Under the pieces are notes generated by a model that searched no databases, was not told the DNA's origin, and saw nothing but the letters and a program-made list of their open reading frames with translations. A program made the translations under genes and the position numbers. This document shows positions 43,286 through 51,735 of a stretch of 51,735 nucleotides of DNA, one piece after another. Each line of letters starts with the position of its first letter. Position 1 is the stretch's first letter. Source of the stretch: Deltaproteobacteria bacterium (GTDB lineage Bacteria > Desulfobacterota > DSM-4660 > Desulfatiglandales > HGW-15); contig JARRRH010000001.1 of NCBI GenBank assembly GCA_037380925.1, positions 1 through 51,735 on the forward strand, read 5' to 3'.

Positions 43286-45406
43286 TCAATACCCCGTAGC
43301 ACATCCTCCCGAATACTCCGAATCCACTGAAACCGGACCGCTCACCTCTGGGCGGTCCTCGGTTTTTCGGTAGCCGAAGGAAAGGACCTGGTCCTTTTTG
43401 CTTCCGTAACGATAAACGGTGATGCCTTTGCACTTGAGCTTGTGGGCCAGGAGATAGATCTTTCTCACATCATCCACGGTGGCATCCACAGGCAGGTTGA
43501 TGGTCTTGGAAACGGAGTTGTCCGTATATTTCTGACAGGCAGCCTGGATCTGCACGTGTTCCTGAGGGGTCACGTCAAAGGCCGTCACAAAGGTCCGTTT
43601 CACATCTCCAGGAATCCCCTTGATTTTCTTCAGAGAGCCGGATCGGGCGATCTCCCCAATCAGATCGTTGCTGTAAAAACCCCTTGCTTTGGCCTCTTCT
43701 TCAAAGTAAGAATTCACCTCGAAGAGTGTCGTCCCTGACAAAACATTTCGAACAAAGGAGATGGCGAACAAGGGTTCTATACCGCTCGAGCAGCCTGCGA
43801 TCATACTAATCGTCCCGGTGGGTGCCACCGTGTTAACTGTAGCATTGCGCATCCTGGTATCTTTTTTCGCGTAGACTGACTTCTCATAATTTGGAAATGG
43901 CCCACGCTGTGCAGCCAGAGACTGAGACGTCCTTAGAGATTCTCTGCGGATGAAGTGCATGAGTCTTTCGGCAAAATCGACCGCCTCGGATGAATGGTAA
44001 GGCATCTGTAATCTGATCAACATATCGGCAAAACCCATTACCCCCAACCCGATCTTCCGGTTTGCAAAAGTGATGTTTCGTATCTGCGGCAGGGGGAATT
44101 TGTTCACTTCTATGACGTCATCGAGAAAACGGATACCCCATGCGATTTGTTCTTTCAGCTTTTCCCAATCCACCTCGCTCCCCTTCACCATCCTTCCCAG
44201 GTTAACAGAAGCCAGGTTGCAGCTCTCATAGGGCAAGAGAGGCAACTCGCCGCATGGGTTTGTGGCTTCAATTTTCCCTGCCATAGGCGTTGGGTTTCTG
44301 CGATTGATCTCATCCAGAAATATCAAACCAGGGTCTCCGGTATGCCACGCCGCGTTGATGATCAAGTCGAAGACAGCCCGTGCCTTGGCGCTTCCGGTTT
44401 TCTTGCCCGTTCTCGGGTTCACAAGGTTATAGGACTTGTCCCCAATAACCGCGTCCATGAAATTGTCTGTGGCTCCGACGGATATGTTGAAATTGGAAAG
44501 ACGGTCCTTTTCCAGCTTGGCTTCAACGAAATCCACGATATCCGGGTGGTCGCAGCGCAGGATACCCATGTTGGCACCGCGCCGTCTCCCTCCCTGCACG
44601 ATCACGCCGGTGGCTTTATCGAAGATTTCCATGAACGAAACCGGACCCGAAGCCTCTCCTTTGGTTGAGGCCACAAGATCGCCTTGAGGGCGCAACCGCG
44701 AAAAGCTGAACCCGGTGCCGCCACCCGTTTGATGGATCGTGGCCATGTCCTTGAGCGCCTCGAATATTCCTGCTATGGAATCTTCAACGGGAATGACAAA
44801 GCATGCAGAAAGCTGTCCGAGTGAAGTCGCCGCATTCATTAGAGTGGGAGAGTTCGGCATGAACTCTAGGTTCCGCATCATGTGATAAAAACGTTCTTCA
44901 GCCTCCTCCGGACCCACGGGGGACTTGAAGTTCTTTTCCGCCTCTGCCACATGAGACGCAACCCTTCGAAAGAGTTCACTCGGGGTCTCTATGACCTTTC
45001 TTGCATCATCCTTCAAAAGGTAACGTCTTCTCAACACCTCCAAGGTGTTCAGGGGCAGTTTCAGGTCATCCTTTAGGCCAAGGGCCGATTTGGCTACGCG
45101 GACTTCAGTTCGCTTTTCCCTGTAAAGGATGTAGGCTTTCGCGATGTGGCTGTAGCCTTCTTCCATTAGCGCGGCTTCGACGATATCTTGGATACCCTCA
45201 ACCGTAGGGATTTTATTCTTGAAGGCAGATCCCGCCTTATGAATCACCGCGTCGGTGACGGAAGAGCCGATTTTGATTGATCTGGGCTCATCTCGAAGTA
45301 CTGCATAGGCTGCCTTCTGAATGGCCCGTTCGATCTTTCCGCGGTCAAATGGAACAGCGGACCCATCCCGTTTTTTTATCTGTCTGAAGCGTGTTGTTTT
45401 AGCCAT
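43286..45406 (-). CDS. nrdJ: Class II (adenosylcobalamin-dependent) ribonucleotide reductase with N-terminal ATP-cone
   Basis: ATP-cone IKKRDGSAVPFDRGKIERAIQKA. Catalytic region NPCGELPLLPYESCNLASVNL, SNFNISV and TVAPTGTISMIAGCSSGIEP. ATG 45406 follows GGAGAGG; the upstream in-frame ATG 45445 is an alternative. Confidence 0.9.
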   Translation of the reverse strand: MAKTTRFRQIKKRDGSAVPFDRGKIERAIQKAAYAVLRDEPRSIKIGSSVTDAVIHKAGSAFKNKIPTVEGIQDIVEAALMEEGYSHIAKAYILYREKRTEVRVAKSALGLKDDLKLPLNTLEVLRRRYLLKDDARKVIETPSELFRRVASHVAEAEKNFKSPVGPEEAEERFYHMMRNLEFMPNSPTLMNAATSLGQLSACFVIPVEDSIAGIFEALKDMATIHQTGGGTGFSFSRLRPQGDLVASTKGEASGPVSFMEIFDKATGVIVQGGRRRGANMGILRCDHPDIVDFVEAKLEKDRLSNFNISVGATDNFMDAVIGDKSYNLVNPRTGKKTGSAKARAVFDLIINAAWHTGDPGLIFLDEINRRNPTPMAGKIEATNPCGELPLLPYESCNLASVNLGRMVKGSEVDWEKLKEQIAWGIRFLDDVIEVNKFPLPQIRNITFANRKIGLGVMGFADMLIRLQMPYHSSEAVDFAERLMHFIRRESLRTSQSLAAQRGPFPNYEKSVYAKKDTRMRNATVNTVAPTGTISMIAGCSSGIEPLFAISFVRNVLSGTTLFEVNSYFEEEAKARGFYSNDLIGEIARSGSLKKIKGIPGDVKRTFVTAFDVTPQEHVQIQAACQKYTDNSVSKTINLPVDATVDDVRKIYLLAHKLKCKGITVYRYGSKKDQVLSFGYRKTEDRPEVSGPVSVDSEYSGGCATGY

Positions 45407-45699
45407 ACCTCTCCCCGGCACCCTTCTTTTGCCCATGGAATCCATACAGTCCGGCTCAAACTTCGCAAGTTTATCCTTTCTCGATAAATACTTGAATAGG
45501 GTGGACCCTGTATTTTGTGAAGAAGGAAACCGTATTTTGAAGATTTCCTATGACATTGCCAAAGGCGGAGCATTAATAAAACCCGAGCGGGCCCGCTATT
45601 TTTGGCTGGTCCATGGACTGTTCTGCGTTGAACATGGGCATAAGACGTGATAAATATCCATGATACAAAATCGGCCTAAAAGGGGAAAGGGGAGGCGGG

Positions 45700-46263
45700 A
45701 TTAAGGTTTACACCGGCACAGGGGATTTTGGCAAAACAGGCCTTTTCAGCGGTGAGCGGGTGGAGAAAAGCCATCCACGCATAGAGGCTTATGGAGAGGT
45801 GGATGAGCTCAATACCTTTTTGGGCCTCCTTGTCTCGAATTTGCCCGTGGACCAAGGGGAAATCATCCGGGAGATTCAGGATGTTCAGTCCTTGCTGTTT
45901 CACATCGGTGCGCGACTCTCCTGTTCAGGAGCCTCGCCTTTGCTTCAATCCCTCAGGCAGATTCGGGAAGAGGACATCAGGGGACTGGAGCGGACCATTG
46001 ATCGAATGGAGAAGAAACTGCCCTCTCTGACAGGCTTCATTCTTCCGGGGGGTGATCCCTGCGCAGCATTATCTCACGTGTCGAGAGCCGTGTGCAGAAG
46101 AGCGGAAAGACGGGTGGCGGTCCTCACCGGAAAAGGGGAAGAAAAAAACCAGTTCAACATGATCCTGATCTATTTGAACAGGCTTTCGGATTATCTTTTC
46201 GTGCTTGCGCGATACGTGAACCAGATGATGGGTGTGCATGACATCCCTTGGAAAAGGAGATGA
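45700..46263 (+). CDS. PduO-type ATP:cob(I)alamin adenosyltransferase, probable ATT start
   Basis: The conserved family N-terminus IKVYTGTGDFGKTGLFSGERV is encoded in frame upstream of the first canonical start (GTG 45760). No ATG, GTG or TTG lies between the in-frame TGA (45661) and 45760. ATT 45700 sits 4 nt after GGAGG (45691-45695). Downstream: RIEAYGEVDELN and LNRLSDYLFVLAR. Confidence 0.75.
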   Translation: MKVYTGTGDFGKTGLFSGERVEKSHPRIEAYGEVDELNTFLGLLVSNLPVDQGEIIREIQDVQSLLFHIGARLSCSGASPLLQSLRQIREEDIRGLERTIDRMEKKLPSLTGFILPGGDPCAALSHVSRAVCRRAERRVAVLTGKGEEKNQFNMILIYLNRLSDYLFVLARYVNQMMGVHDIPWKRR

Positions 46264-46937
46264 CAAAACTCGTCCAAGGAGATCCTTCCCATTTGTATGA
46301 ACTCACGCTGGTCTCCAGAAACCGGGTGAGCGAGAAGGCCCAGGAACTGATATTCGACCGGCCTGCCGATTTCACCTTTTCTCCGGGTCAGCGCATTCGC
46401 ATCATCCGTGAAAAGGAGGAAAGAGAGTACACGCCGATTTCGGCACCCCCGGACCCTCACCTTGCGCTTCTCGTCAGAATAGTTGAAGGCGGGGTCCTAT
46501 CCCCTGTTCTTGCCGGAGCAGAAGTTGGAACATCCTTCCCCTTTACCGGACCCTACGGCTACTTTGTCTGGCTCCCTTCGGAGAGGCCTGCTGTCTTTGT
46601 TGCCACCGGAACCGGTGTGGCGCCTTTCATCTCCATGGCACGATCCGGAGTCAGGGGTTTCGTTTTGGTTCATGGCGTGAGAAAGGAACAAGAGCTCTAT
46701 GAACGGTCTTTGCTCCGGAGAGCGGCAAGTGCTTATGTCGCGTGCCTTTCGAGCCGCGCCCGTGGCGTCGAGGGCGATGTGTTTGAGGGGAGAGTCACTC
46801 ACTACCTGAGGAGCCGGTTGAGTTCGGGAGTGTATGATTTCTATCTCTGCGGGAGAAAAGACATGATTCGAGAGGTGACCCTGATCGCGGATGAGCGATT
46901 TCCCGGCTCCTGTGTTTATACGGAGCCCTTTTATTGA
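46248..46937 (+). CDS. Ferredoxin-NADP reductase-like flavin oxidoreductase (FAD-binding plus NAD(P)-binding domains)
   Basis: REYTPIS (RxY(T/S) flavin motif), VATGTGVAPFISM (NAD(P) motif), and C-terminal YLCGRKDM. The start is ambiguous: TTG 46248, or ATG 46260 overlapping the previous stop (ATGA). Confidence 0.75.
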   Translation: MEKEMTKLVQGDPSHLYELTLVSRNRVSEKAQELIFDRPADFTFSPGQRIRIIREKEEREYTPISAPPDPHLALLVRIVEGGVLSPVLAGAEVGTSFPFTGPYGYFVWLPSERPAVFVATGTGVAPFISMARSGVRGFVLVHGVRKEQELYERSLLRRAASAYVACLSSRARGVEGDVFEGRVTHYLRSRLSSGVYDFYLCGRKDMIREVTLIADERFPGSCVYTEPFY

Positions 46938-46989
46938 TAACCGCGGTTTGCTGCTCCTTCGATTTAGCTCCGGCGCGACACGCAAGGCA

Positions 46990-49464
46990 TCAGTGCAAGC
47001 GTTCCTGGAGGCGGTCGATGAAGCTCTTGTGGCGAGCTGCCTGGAGGTTAAGGTGACGGTCGAGTTCGAGTTTTATCCAGTCTTCGATAAACACCCAGAC
47101 TAGACAGTAGGCCCAGACCAAGCCTACATACGACCACGGGACCGGCGTCACGAAAATGCCGAACCCAACAATCATTGCCGCTACCATTTGAGTCGCCACA
47201 ACCGCAAAAAAGAGGGCCGGGGCAGGGTATGGCTTTTTGAAGAAAGGCTGTTTGCTCCTGACGACAAACAAGGTGAGATGCCCTGCAACAGCCAGCTTGA
47301 GATAGATAAACGAACGAAGTTGGTCGGGAGACATGTCGAGAAGGAATACGCCGATGAGCATAATCCCAAACGTTTCAGCTACTCCAACCAGGCCGAGTGT
47401 TGTAGAGATCGTAAGCACCCGCCTCATATTCCAGCGCACCGGCTGGGGATCAAGCCAGGTATTGTCGTAGGCGATGACCATAATAGGAATATCGTTGAGC
47501 AAAGCCAGGAGTATGATCAGGATAGTGGTAACAGGATAAAAATCAAAAATCAGCATGGTCAGCACTACGAAGAACAAAACGCGAATCGTTTCTGTAATCC
47601 GGTAGACCGCGTAACTGTTCATCCGTTCGAATATGCGCCGGGCTTCCTCAATGGCTTTTATGATCACCGAAAGCCCAGGGGCTGACAGAACGAGGGCCGC
47701 CGCTGACCTGGCCGCGCTGGTGGCGCCTGATACGGCAATGCCCACATCCGCCTGCTTGAGTGCAGGAGCATCGTTTACACCGTCCCCTGTCATCCCCACA
47801 ATATGGTTTCGCGCTTGTAATGCTTTGATAATGCCGTACTTGTGTTCGGGGAAGACCTGAGCGAAGCCATCTGCTTTTTCGATTTTGCCGATCGTCGCAT
47901 TGCTCAAATGATCGGGATCTTCCTTCTCCGGGAAGATTTCATCAGCAGAGCGGATATTTGTGTTCATTTGCAGTTGACGGGAAATTTCTTTTGCGATAGC
48001 CGTGTTGTCCCCGGTGACCATCTTGACTTGAATTCCATGCTCTATAGACTGTTGGATGATAGGGGCTGAATCTTCTCTCGGTGGGTCGTACAGCGGCAAG
48101 AAGCCCAGCAATCTCCATGGCTCATTCGGACTGTTTCTCCGGGAAACGCCAAGTGTACGGTATCCCTTGGAGGCGAGATCGTCGACCGTTTTCTTTGCCT
48201 TGTCTTCAGTCGAGTTATCGAGCTCGCATTGTTGAATAATGACCTGGGGCGCTCCTTTGCTCACTTGAAAAGTCCGGCCGTCCTGATCCTTAACAGTCGC
48301 CTCCGTCCGTTTCCGGACGGGATCGAAGGGCACAAAATCAATCAGTTGGTAAGCCTTGAGTTTTTCTTGGTCTTCGAGAGCTCCGCGAACCGCCTGATCG
48401 ATGGCATCCAGCTCCTCCTCTTTTGAGGCCAGTGCTCCGATAAGAATCAGGCTCTGAGTATCTTGGGCGTCGAAGATGACCGGGTCGCCCAGAGTGAGCT
48501 CATTCTTGGTCAGTGTCCCGGTTTTGTCCACGCACAAGACATCGATTCCTGCAATTTCCTCGATGGAACGCAATCGAGAGACAATAGCCTTTTCCTTGGA
48601 GAGCATTACTGCCCCCAAAGCCATAGTGACCGAAAGGACCGCGGGCAGAGCTACAGGAATTGCGGCTACCACCAAGATTAAGACAAACTGAAAAATGCTG
48701 AGAATCGACTCGCCGCGATACAGCTGTGTGATGATAAGGATAAGTGCAAGGCCGAGGCTGATGTAAATCAGATAATCGGCAATATGGAGGACAGTCTTTT
48801 GAAAGTGTGAAATAGCACCTGCCTTTTTCACCAGTCGGGCCGTGCGCCCGAATTTGGTGCGGGTTCCGGTCTCTATTACAAGAGAATCCATTTCCCCTCT
48901 CTTGATCACAGAACCGGAATAGGCCATATCTTCTTGGGCCTTGTCCACAGGCAAGGATTCGCCTGTGAGCGCGGACTCGTCAACACTCACATAATCTCCC
49001 TCTACGAGCTTGACGTCGGCTGGGACGATATCCCCCCTGAAGATGCGAATGTAATCTCCAGGCACGAGTTCCCTGGCAGGAACATCTTGCCATTCCCCGT
49101 CTCGCAGGACCCGTGCTCTTGGAGCGAGGTGGCCTTTCAACTCCTCCAGGGCATTAGAGGCTTGATGCTCCTGCCAGAAGCCAACGAGTGCATTGAAGAG
49201 TAGCAGGACCAAAATGATGTCAAATTCCGCCCAATGGTGCACCAAAGCTGAGAGAATTGCCGCCACCTCGATCATCCACGGGATGGGGCCCCAGAAGTAA
49301 CTTAAGAACTGGAGGATGGGATTCTTTTTCTCTTCTTCGATAGTATTCGGGCCATACTGTTCCAGCCGGCTAAGCGCTTCCTCTTTGGTCAGACCTTTTG
49401 AAGCACTTTGAGATTCCTCGGTTCGTTCTGCCCGCCTGTATTCTTGAGCATCGTCAGAATGCAT
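46990..49464 (-). CDS. P-type ATPase, type IIIA (plasma-membrane H+-ATPase-like)
   Basis: GLTKEEALSRLEQYGPNTIEEEKKNPILQFLSYFWGPIPWMIE, CVDKTGTLTKN, MVTGDNTAIAKEISRQLQM and MTGDGVNDAPALKQADVGIAV. ATG 49464 (MHSDDAQEY...) is preferred over the tracked start at 49608, whose extra 48 aa have no family counterpart. Confidence 0.8.
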   Translation of the reverse strand: MHSDDAQEYRRAERTEESQSASKGLTKEEALSRLEQYGPNTIEEEKKNPILQFLSYFWGPIPWMIEVAAILSALVHHWAEFDIILVLLLFNALVGFWQEHQASNALEELKGHLAPRARVLRDGEWQDVPARELVPGDYIRIFRGDIVPADVKLVEGDYVSVDESALTGESLPVDKAQEDMAYSGSVIKRGEMDSLVIETGTRTKFGRTARLVKKAGAISHFQKTVLHIADYLIYISLGLALILIITQLYRGESILSIFQFVLILVVAAIPVALPAVLSVTMALGAVMLSKEKAIVSRLRSIEEIAGIDVLCVDKTGTLTKNELTLGDPVIFDAQDTQSLILIGALASKEEELDAIDQAVRGALEDQEKLKAYQLIDFVPFDPVRKRTEATVKDQDGRTFQVSKGAPQVIIQQCELDNSTEDKAKKTVDDLASKGYRTLGVSRRNSPNEPWRLLGFLPLYDPPREDSAPIIQQSIEHGIQVKMVTGDNTAIAKEISRQLQMNTNIRSADEIFPEKEDPDHLSNATIGKIEKADGFAQVFPEHKYGIIKALQARNHIVGMTGDGVNDAPALKQADVGIAVSGATSAARSAAALVLSAPGLSVIIKAIEEARRIFERMNSYAVYRITETIRVLFFVVLTMLIFDFYPVTTILIILLALLNDIPIMVIAYDNTWLDPQPVRWNMRRVLTISTTLGLVGVAETFGIMLIGVFLLDMSPDQLRSFIYLKLAVAGHLTLFVVRSKQPFFKKPYPAPALFFAVVATQMVAAMIVGFGIFVTPVPWSYVGLVWAYCLVWVFIEDWIKLELDRHLNLQAARHKSFIDRLQERLH

Positions 49465-49661
49465 AATCCAGGCCCTCAAGCGATCATCTGCACAAAATTC
49501 TCCCCCCTTAACCTCCTCCGCAGAAAGCCACGACTCGGAGGACGGAAAAGGATGAGAAAGGAGTATCCACCGTAGCCTCTCTAATTTTTGTATGAATAGC
49601 AGGCCCACCCATTCAGGGAATAAGCGATTCCCTGTATTTGCCTTTTCAACTGGGTGTATTT

Positions 49662-51566
49662 TCAGTATATTTCGGGCCGAGAAGTGGAAGGTTGAAGCTT
49701 GAGCTTTCCTTTCCCGGGTTCAGGATGCAGTGCTTTACCATGAACCAGCCGGGCGGAATTGAGGACGACGAGGACGGAACTCATATGGTGAAATAGAGCC
49801 GCCAGCCAGGGGCTTAAGAGCCCGGCGGTGGCCAGTGCAATTCCGGCCGTGTTGAAGCCGATGGCCCAGGCGTAATTCTGTTTAATGACTCCGATCAACT
49901 TTTTTCCCATTTTGATGACGGCCAGCACGCTTGTGGGGTCATCCCGCAACACGATAATATCGGAGGACTGGATGGCCAAGTCGGCCTTGCCTCGTCCGAT
50001 GGATATCCCCACGTCTGCCGCGACCAGCGATACGGCGTCATTAACCCCGTCACCCACCATGACCGTGGGGCCCTGAGCGCTGAGGTTTTTTACAATGGCT
50101 GTCTTTTCCTCTGGCTTCAATCCGCAACGATATCCATCCGACGCGATGAATTCAGCTACGCGCTCTGCTTCGGACTCTTCATTGTCACCGGTGGCAAGCT
50201 CGACCCTTCTTATTCCCAACTCATGAAGTGCCTGACCAAGGCCTTTAGCATAATCTTTTAATTCATCCTGAATGACTATGGCGCCGGCGATCTTACCGTC
50301 AATGCAGATCCAGATAGCCCTTCCCTTGGTCCTTAGATCCGGGGGCGCAGCCATGCCGAGGGCGTTCACTGTTTCTTTGGATCCTAAAACAACATCTCTT
50401 CCTTCGACAGAGGACTTTATGCCAAGACCCGGAAGATACTTGGACTCCTCCGCCTTTAAAGGCCTTACACCGCTGGCCGATGCGTAAGATATGATCGCAT
50501 TGGCCATGGGATGGTTAAAACCAGCTTCAACAGAAGCGGCAATCTGAAGCAATTTATCCTGAGATAGGTCGAAGGATTCAATCCCCACTACCTTTGGCTC
50601 ACCCAGTGTGACAGTCCCTGTTTTGTCAAGAACCGCGTTTACCGCGCGGCCTGCCACCTCTAAGGGGATCCCGCCGCGCACCAGAATTCCTTGCCCGCTC
50701 AAGCCCCCGATTGCCGCGGCAAAAGCCGTGGGCACGGAAAGAGCCCACGCGCAGGGACAAGCCACTGCGGTCACGGCGGCCATACGGATGAGACCTGCGC
50801 TAAAATCACCAGCCAAGCCGCCGGTGAAAAGAAAAACGCCCACAGCATACAGAACCACTCCGGAAATGAAAAACTGTACAATTTTATGAGCTGTCCGGTG
50901 AATCTGGGGTTTTACTTTCAGAGATTTTTCGATCTCCTTGCCTATCACATGGATAAAACTGTTGTCTCCCGCTTTGGCGGCTCGGACCTTTACCTGCGAA
51001 GTGAGGCTTATGGAGCCCGAGGTTATAAAATCGCCTGCCTTCTTGAATACTGGAAACGGCTCACCGGTGATGACGGACTCGTCAATAGAAGAAGCTCCGT
51101 CTACAATCTCTCCGTCCACCGGTATCATTTCTCCCTGCGGAACAATGGCCACATCACCCTGGCGCACGTGTTCGACAGGCATTTCCAGGATTTTCCCGTC
51201 TCTCATAATCCGGACGGCCTTAGCCCTTTCTTTGGTAAGGGCATCGATCTTACGCCGGGTCCTCTCGATTATGGTGAAGGATACAGCAAGCCCCATGCTG
51301 ATAAACCACGCTACAAGCGCACCGCTGAGGGGTTGTCCCGCCAGAAACGAGACCACCATAACCGTTACGACCAAAAGATCCGCCGTAACCCGCTTACTTT
51401 GGGATAAAGAAAGGAACAAGGCTTTCAGGTACATGAAAAAGCAGATGGTATAGAAGATCAGGCCAATCCACCTGAATGTCTCTAACCCTGTTCCTTCATA
51501 GGCAGCAAAACTCAGAACAGCCACGAGTGCCATTACCGTCCTGAGAGCAAATACTTTTGCAGTCAT
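49662..51566 (-). CDS. Heavy-metal-translocating P1B-type ATPase lacking an N-terminal metal-binding domain
   Basis: CPC motif (AVACPCAWALSVPTA), DKTGTVTLG, GDGVNDAVSLVAADVGISIG and HHMSSVLVVLNSARL. ATG 51566 is 5 nt after GAGG; TTG 51584 is the alternative. No CxxC HMA domain. Metal specificity not assignable. Confidence 0.85.
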   Translation of the reverse strand: MTAKVFALRTVMALVAVLSFAAYEGTGLETFRWIGLIFYTICFFMYLKALFLSLSQSKRVTADLLVVTVMVVSFLAGQPLSGALVAWFISMGLAVSFTIIERTRRKIDALTKERAKAVRIMRDGKILEMPVEHVRQGDVAIVPQGEMIPVDGEIVDGASSIDESVITGEPFPVFKKAGDFITSGSISLTSQVKVRAAKAGDNSFIHVIGKEIEKSLKVKPQIHRTAHKIVQFFISGVVLYAVGVFLFTGGLAGDFSAGLIRMAAVTAVACPCAWALSVPTAFAAAIGGLSGQGILVRGGIPLEVAGRAVNAVLDKTGTVTLGEPKVVGIESFDLSQDKLLQIAASVEAGFNHPMANAIISYASASGVRPLKAEESKYLPGLGIKSSVEGRDVVLGSKETVNALGMAAPPDLRTKGRAIWICIDGKIAGAIVIQDELKDYAKGLGQALHELGIRRVELATGDNEESEAERVAEFIASDGYRCGLKPEEKTAIVKNLSAQGPTVMVGDGVNDAVSLVAADVGISIGRGKADLAIQSSDIIVLRDDPTSVLAVIKMGKKLIGVIKQNYAWAIGFNTAGIALATAGLLSPWLAALFHHMSSVLVVLNSARLVHGKALHPEPGKGKLKLQPSTSRPEIY

Positions 51567-51735
51567 CTGAACCTCACTTCGCAATCCTCTGATAAAGTAC
51601 TTTTTTAGCCTCCGGTGTGATTATAATGCAGGCCCGGGCTTCACTTTTAGAAGAAATAATACCGCAAGGCAGACAAAAAGCCAATGTGGACCGCCATCAG
51701 AAGCATATCATACATAAGGCTATCGGATGAAAAAA

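Noticed and set aside
45586-45603. Palindrome AGCGGGCCCGCT followed by ATTTTT, looking like a terminator
   Set aside because: With a minimal loop the stem is only ~4 bp. No upstream gene on either strand would need termination here, as it lies in the nrdJ/adenosyltransferase divergent region.
45446-45699. Search for an NrdR box or cobalamin riboswitch upstream of nrdJ and the adenosyltransferase gene
   Set aside because: No 16-bp ACAC-N-ATAT-N-GTGT-type palindrome pair and no B12-box-like element were visible on either strand. Only a loose direct repeat of GTATTTTG (about 45510 and 45532) was seen, which I consider insignificant.
51620-51650. Minus-strand TATAAT (plus-strand ATTATA at 51620-51625) about 55 nt upstream of the P1B ATPase start, as a promoter
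   Set aside because: The -35 region at the appropriate spacing (AAAAGT) is poor, so I did not list it as a feature. It remains a weak candidate.
1-51735. CRISPR arrays, transposases, integrases, phage genes, toxin-antitoxin pairs, reverse transcriptases
   Set aside because: No short regularly spaced direct repeats and no translations with the corresponding catalytic motifs were found in any of the listed ORFs.

Overview
This 51.7-kb chromosomal window probably comes from an anaerobic Desulfobacterota-like bacterium; that is an inference from gene content and composition only. I recognised no rRNA, tRNA, CRISPR array, transposase or integrase. Contents from left to right: (1) A C-terminally truncated SecA-like ATPase is coupled to a small HlyD/RND-type periplasmic adaptor. 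(2) After an ~800-bp AT-rich leader comes a ~21.5-kb giant gene of about 7,150 codons, provided a single frame break at ~12,873 is bridged. It has an N-terminal LEPR-x-LL motif, a long beta-helix-type repeat body, three ~100-aa tandem repeats, about eight dispersed ~75-aa modules and C-terminal RTX calcium-binding blocks, and it is closed by a strong intrinsic terminator. (3) An eight-gene, tightly packed, compositionally mosaic operon (25,344-35,014) is my best candidate for an undescribed system. It encodes five radical SAM proteins carrying six CxxxCxxC cores: one small, two TRAM-less MiaB/RimO-like, one tandem double-core with a SPASM-like cluster, and one B12-binding. It also encodes an O-methyltransferase, two paralogous unknown proteins, and two copies of a DUF3467-like module fused to the first and last genes. 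(4) A minus-strand M23 peptidase / bactofilin / TPR-LysM-SPOR envelope module is followed by an OmpA-like lipoprotein. (5) An anchor-less SdhAB-type pair sits next to a thiolase-like gene and its DUF35 partner. The thiolase-like gene has an in-frame TGA at the expected catalytic Cys and a SECIS-like hairpin downstream, making it a candidate selenoprotein. (6) A class II (B12) ribonucleotide reductase is divergent from a PduO-type adenosyltransferase, which appears to need an ATT start, and an FNR-like reductase. (7) Two P-type ATPases close the window. All calls come from reading the translations and DNA by eye; no database search was run.
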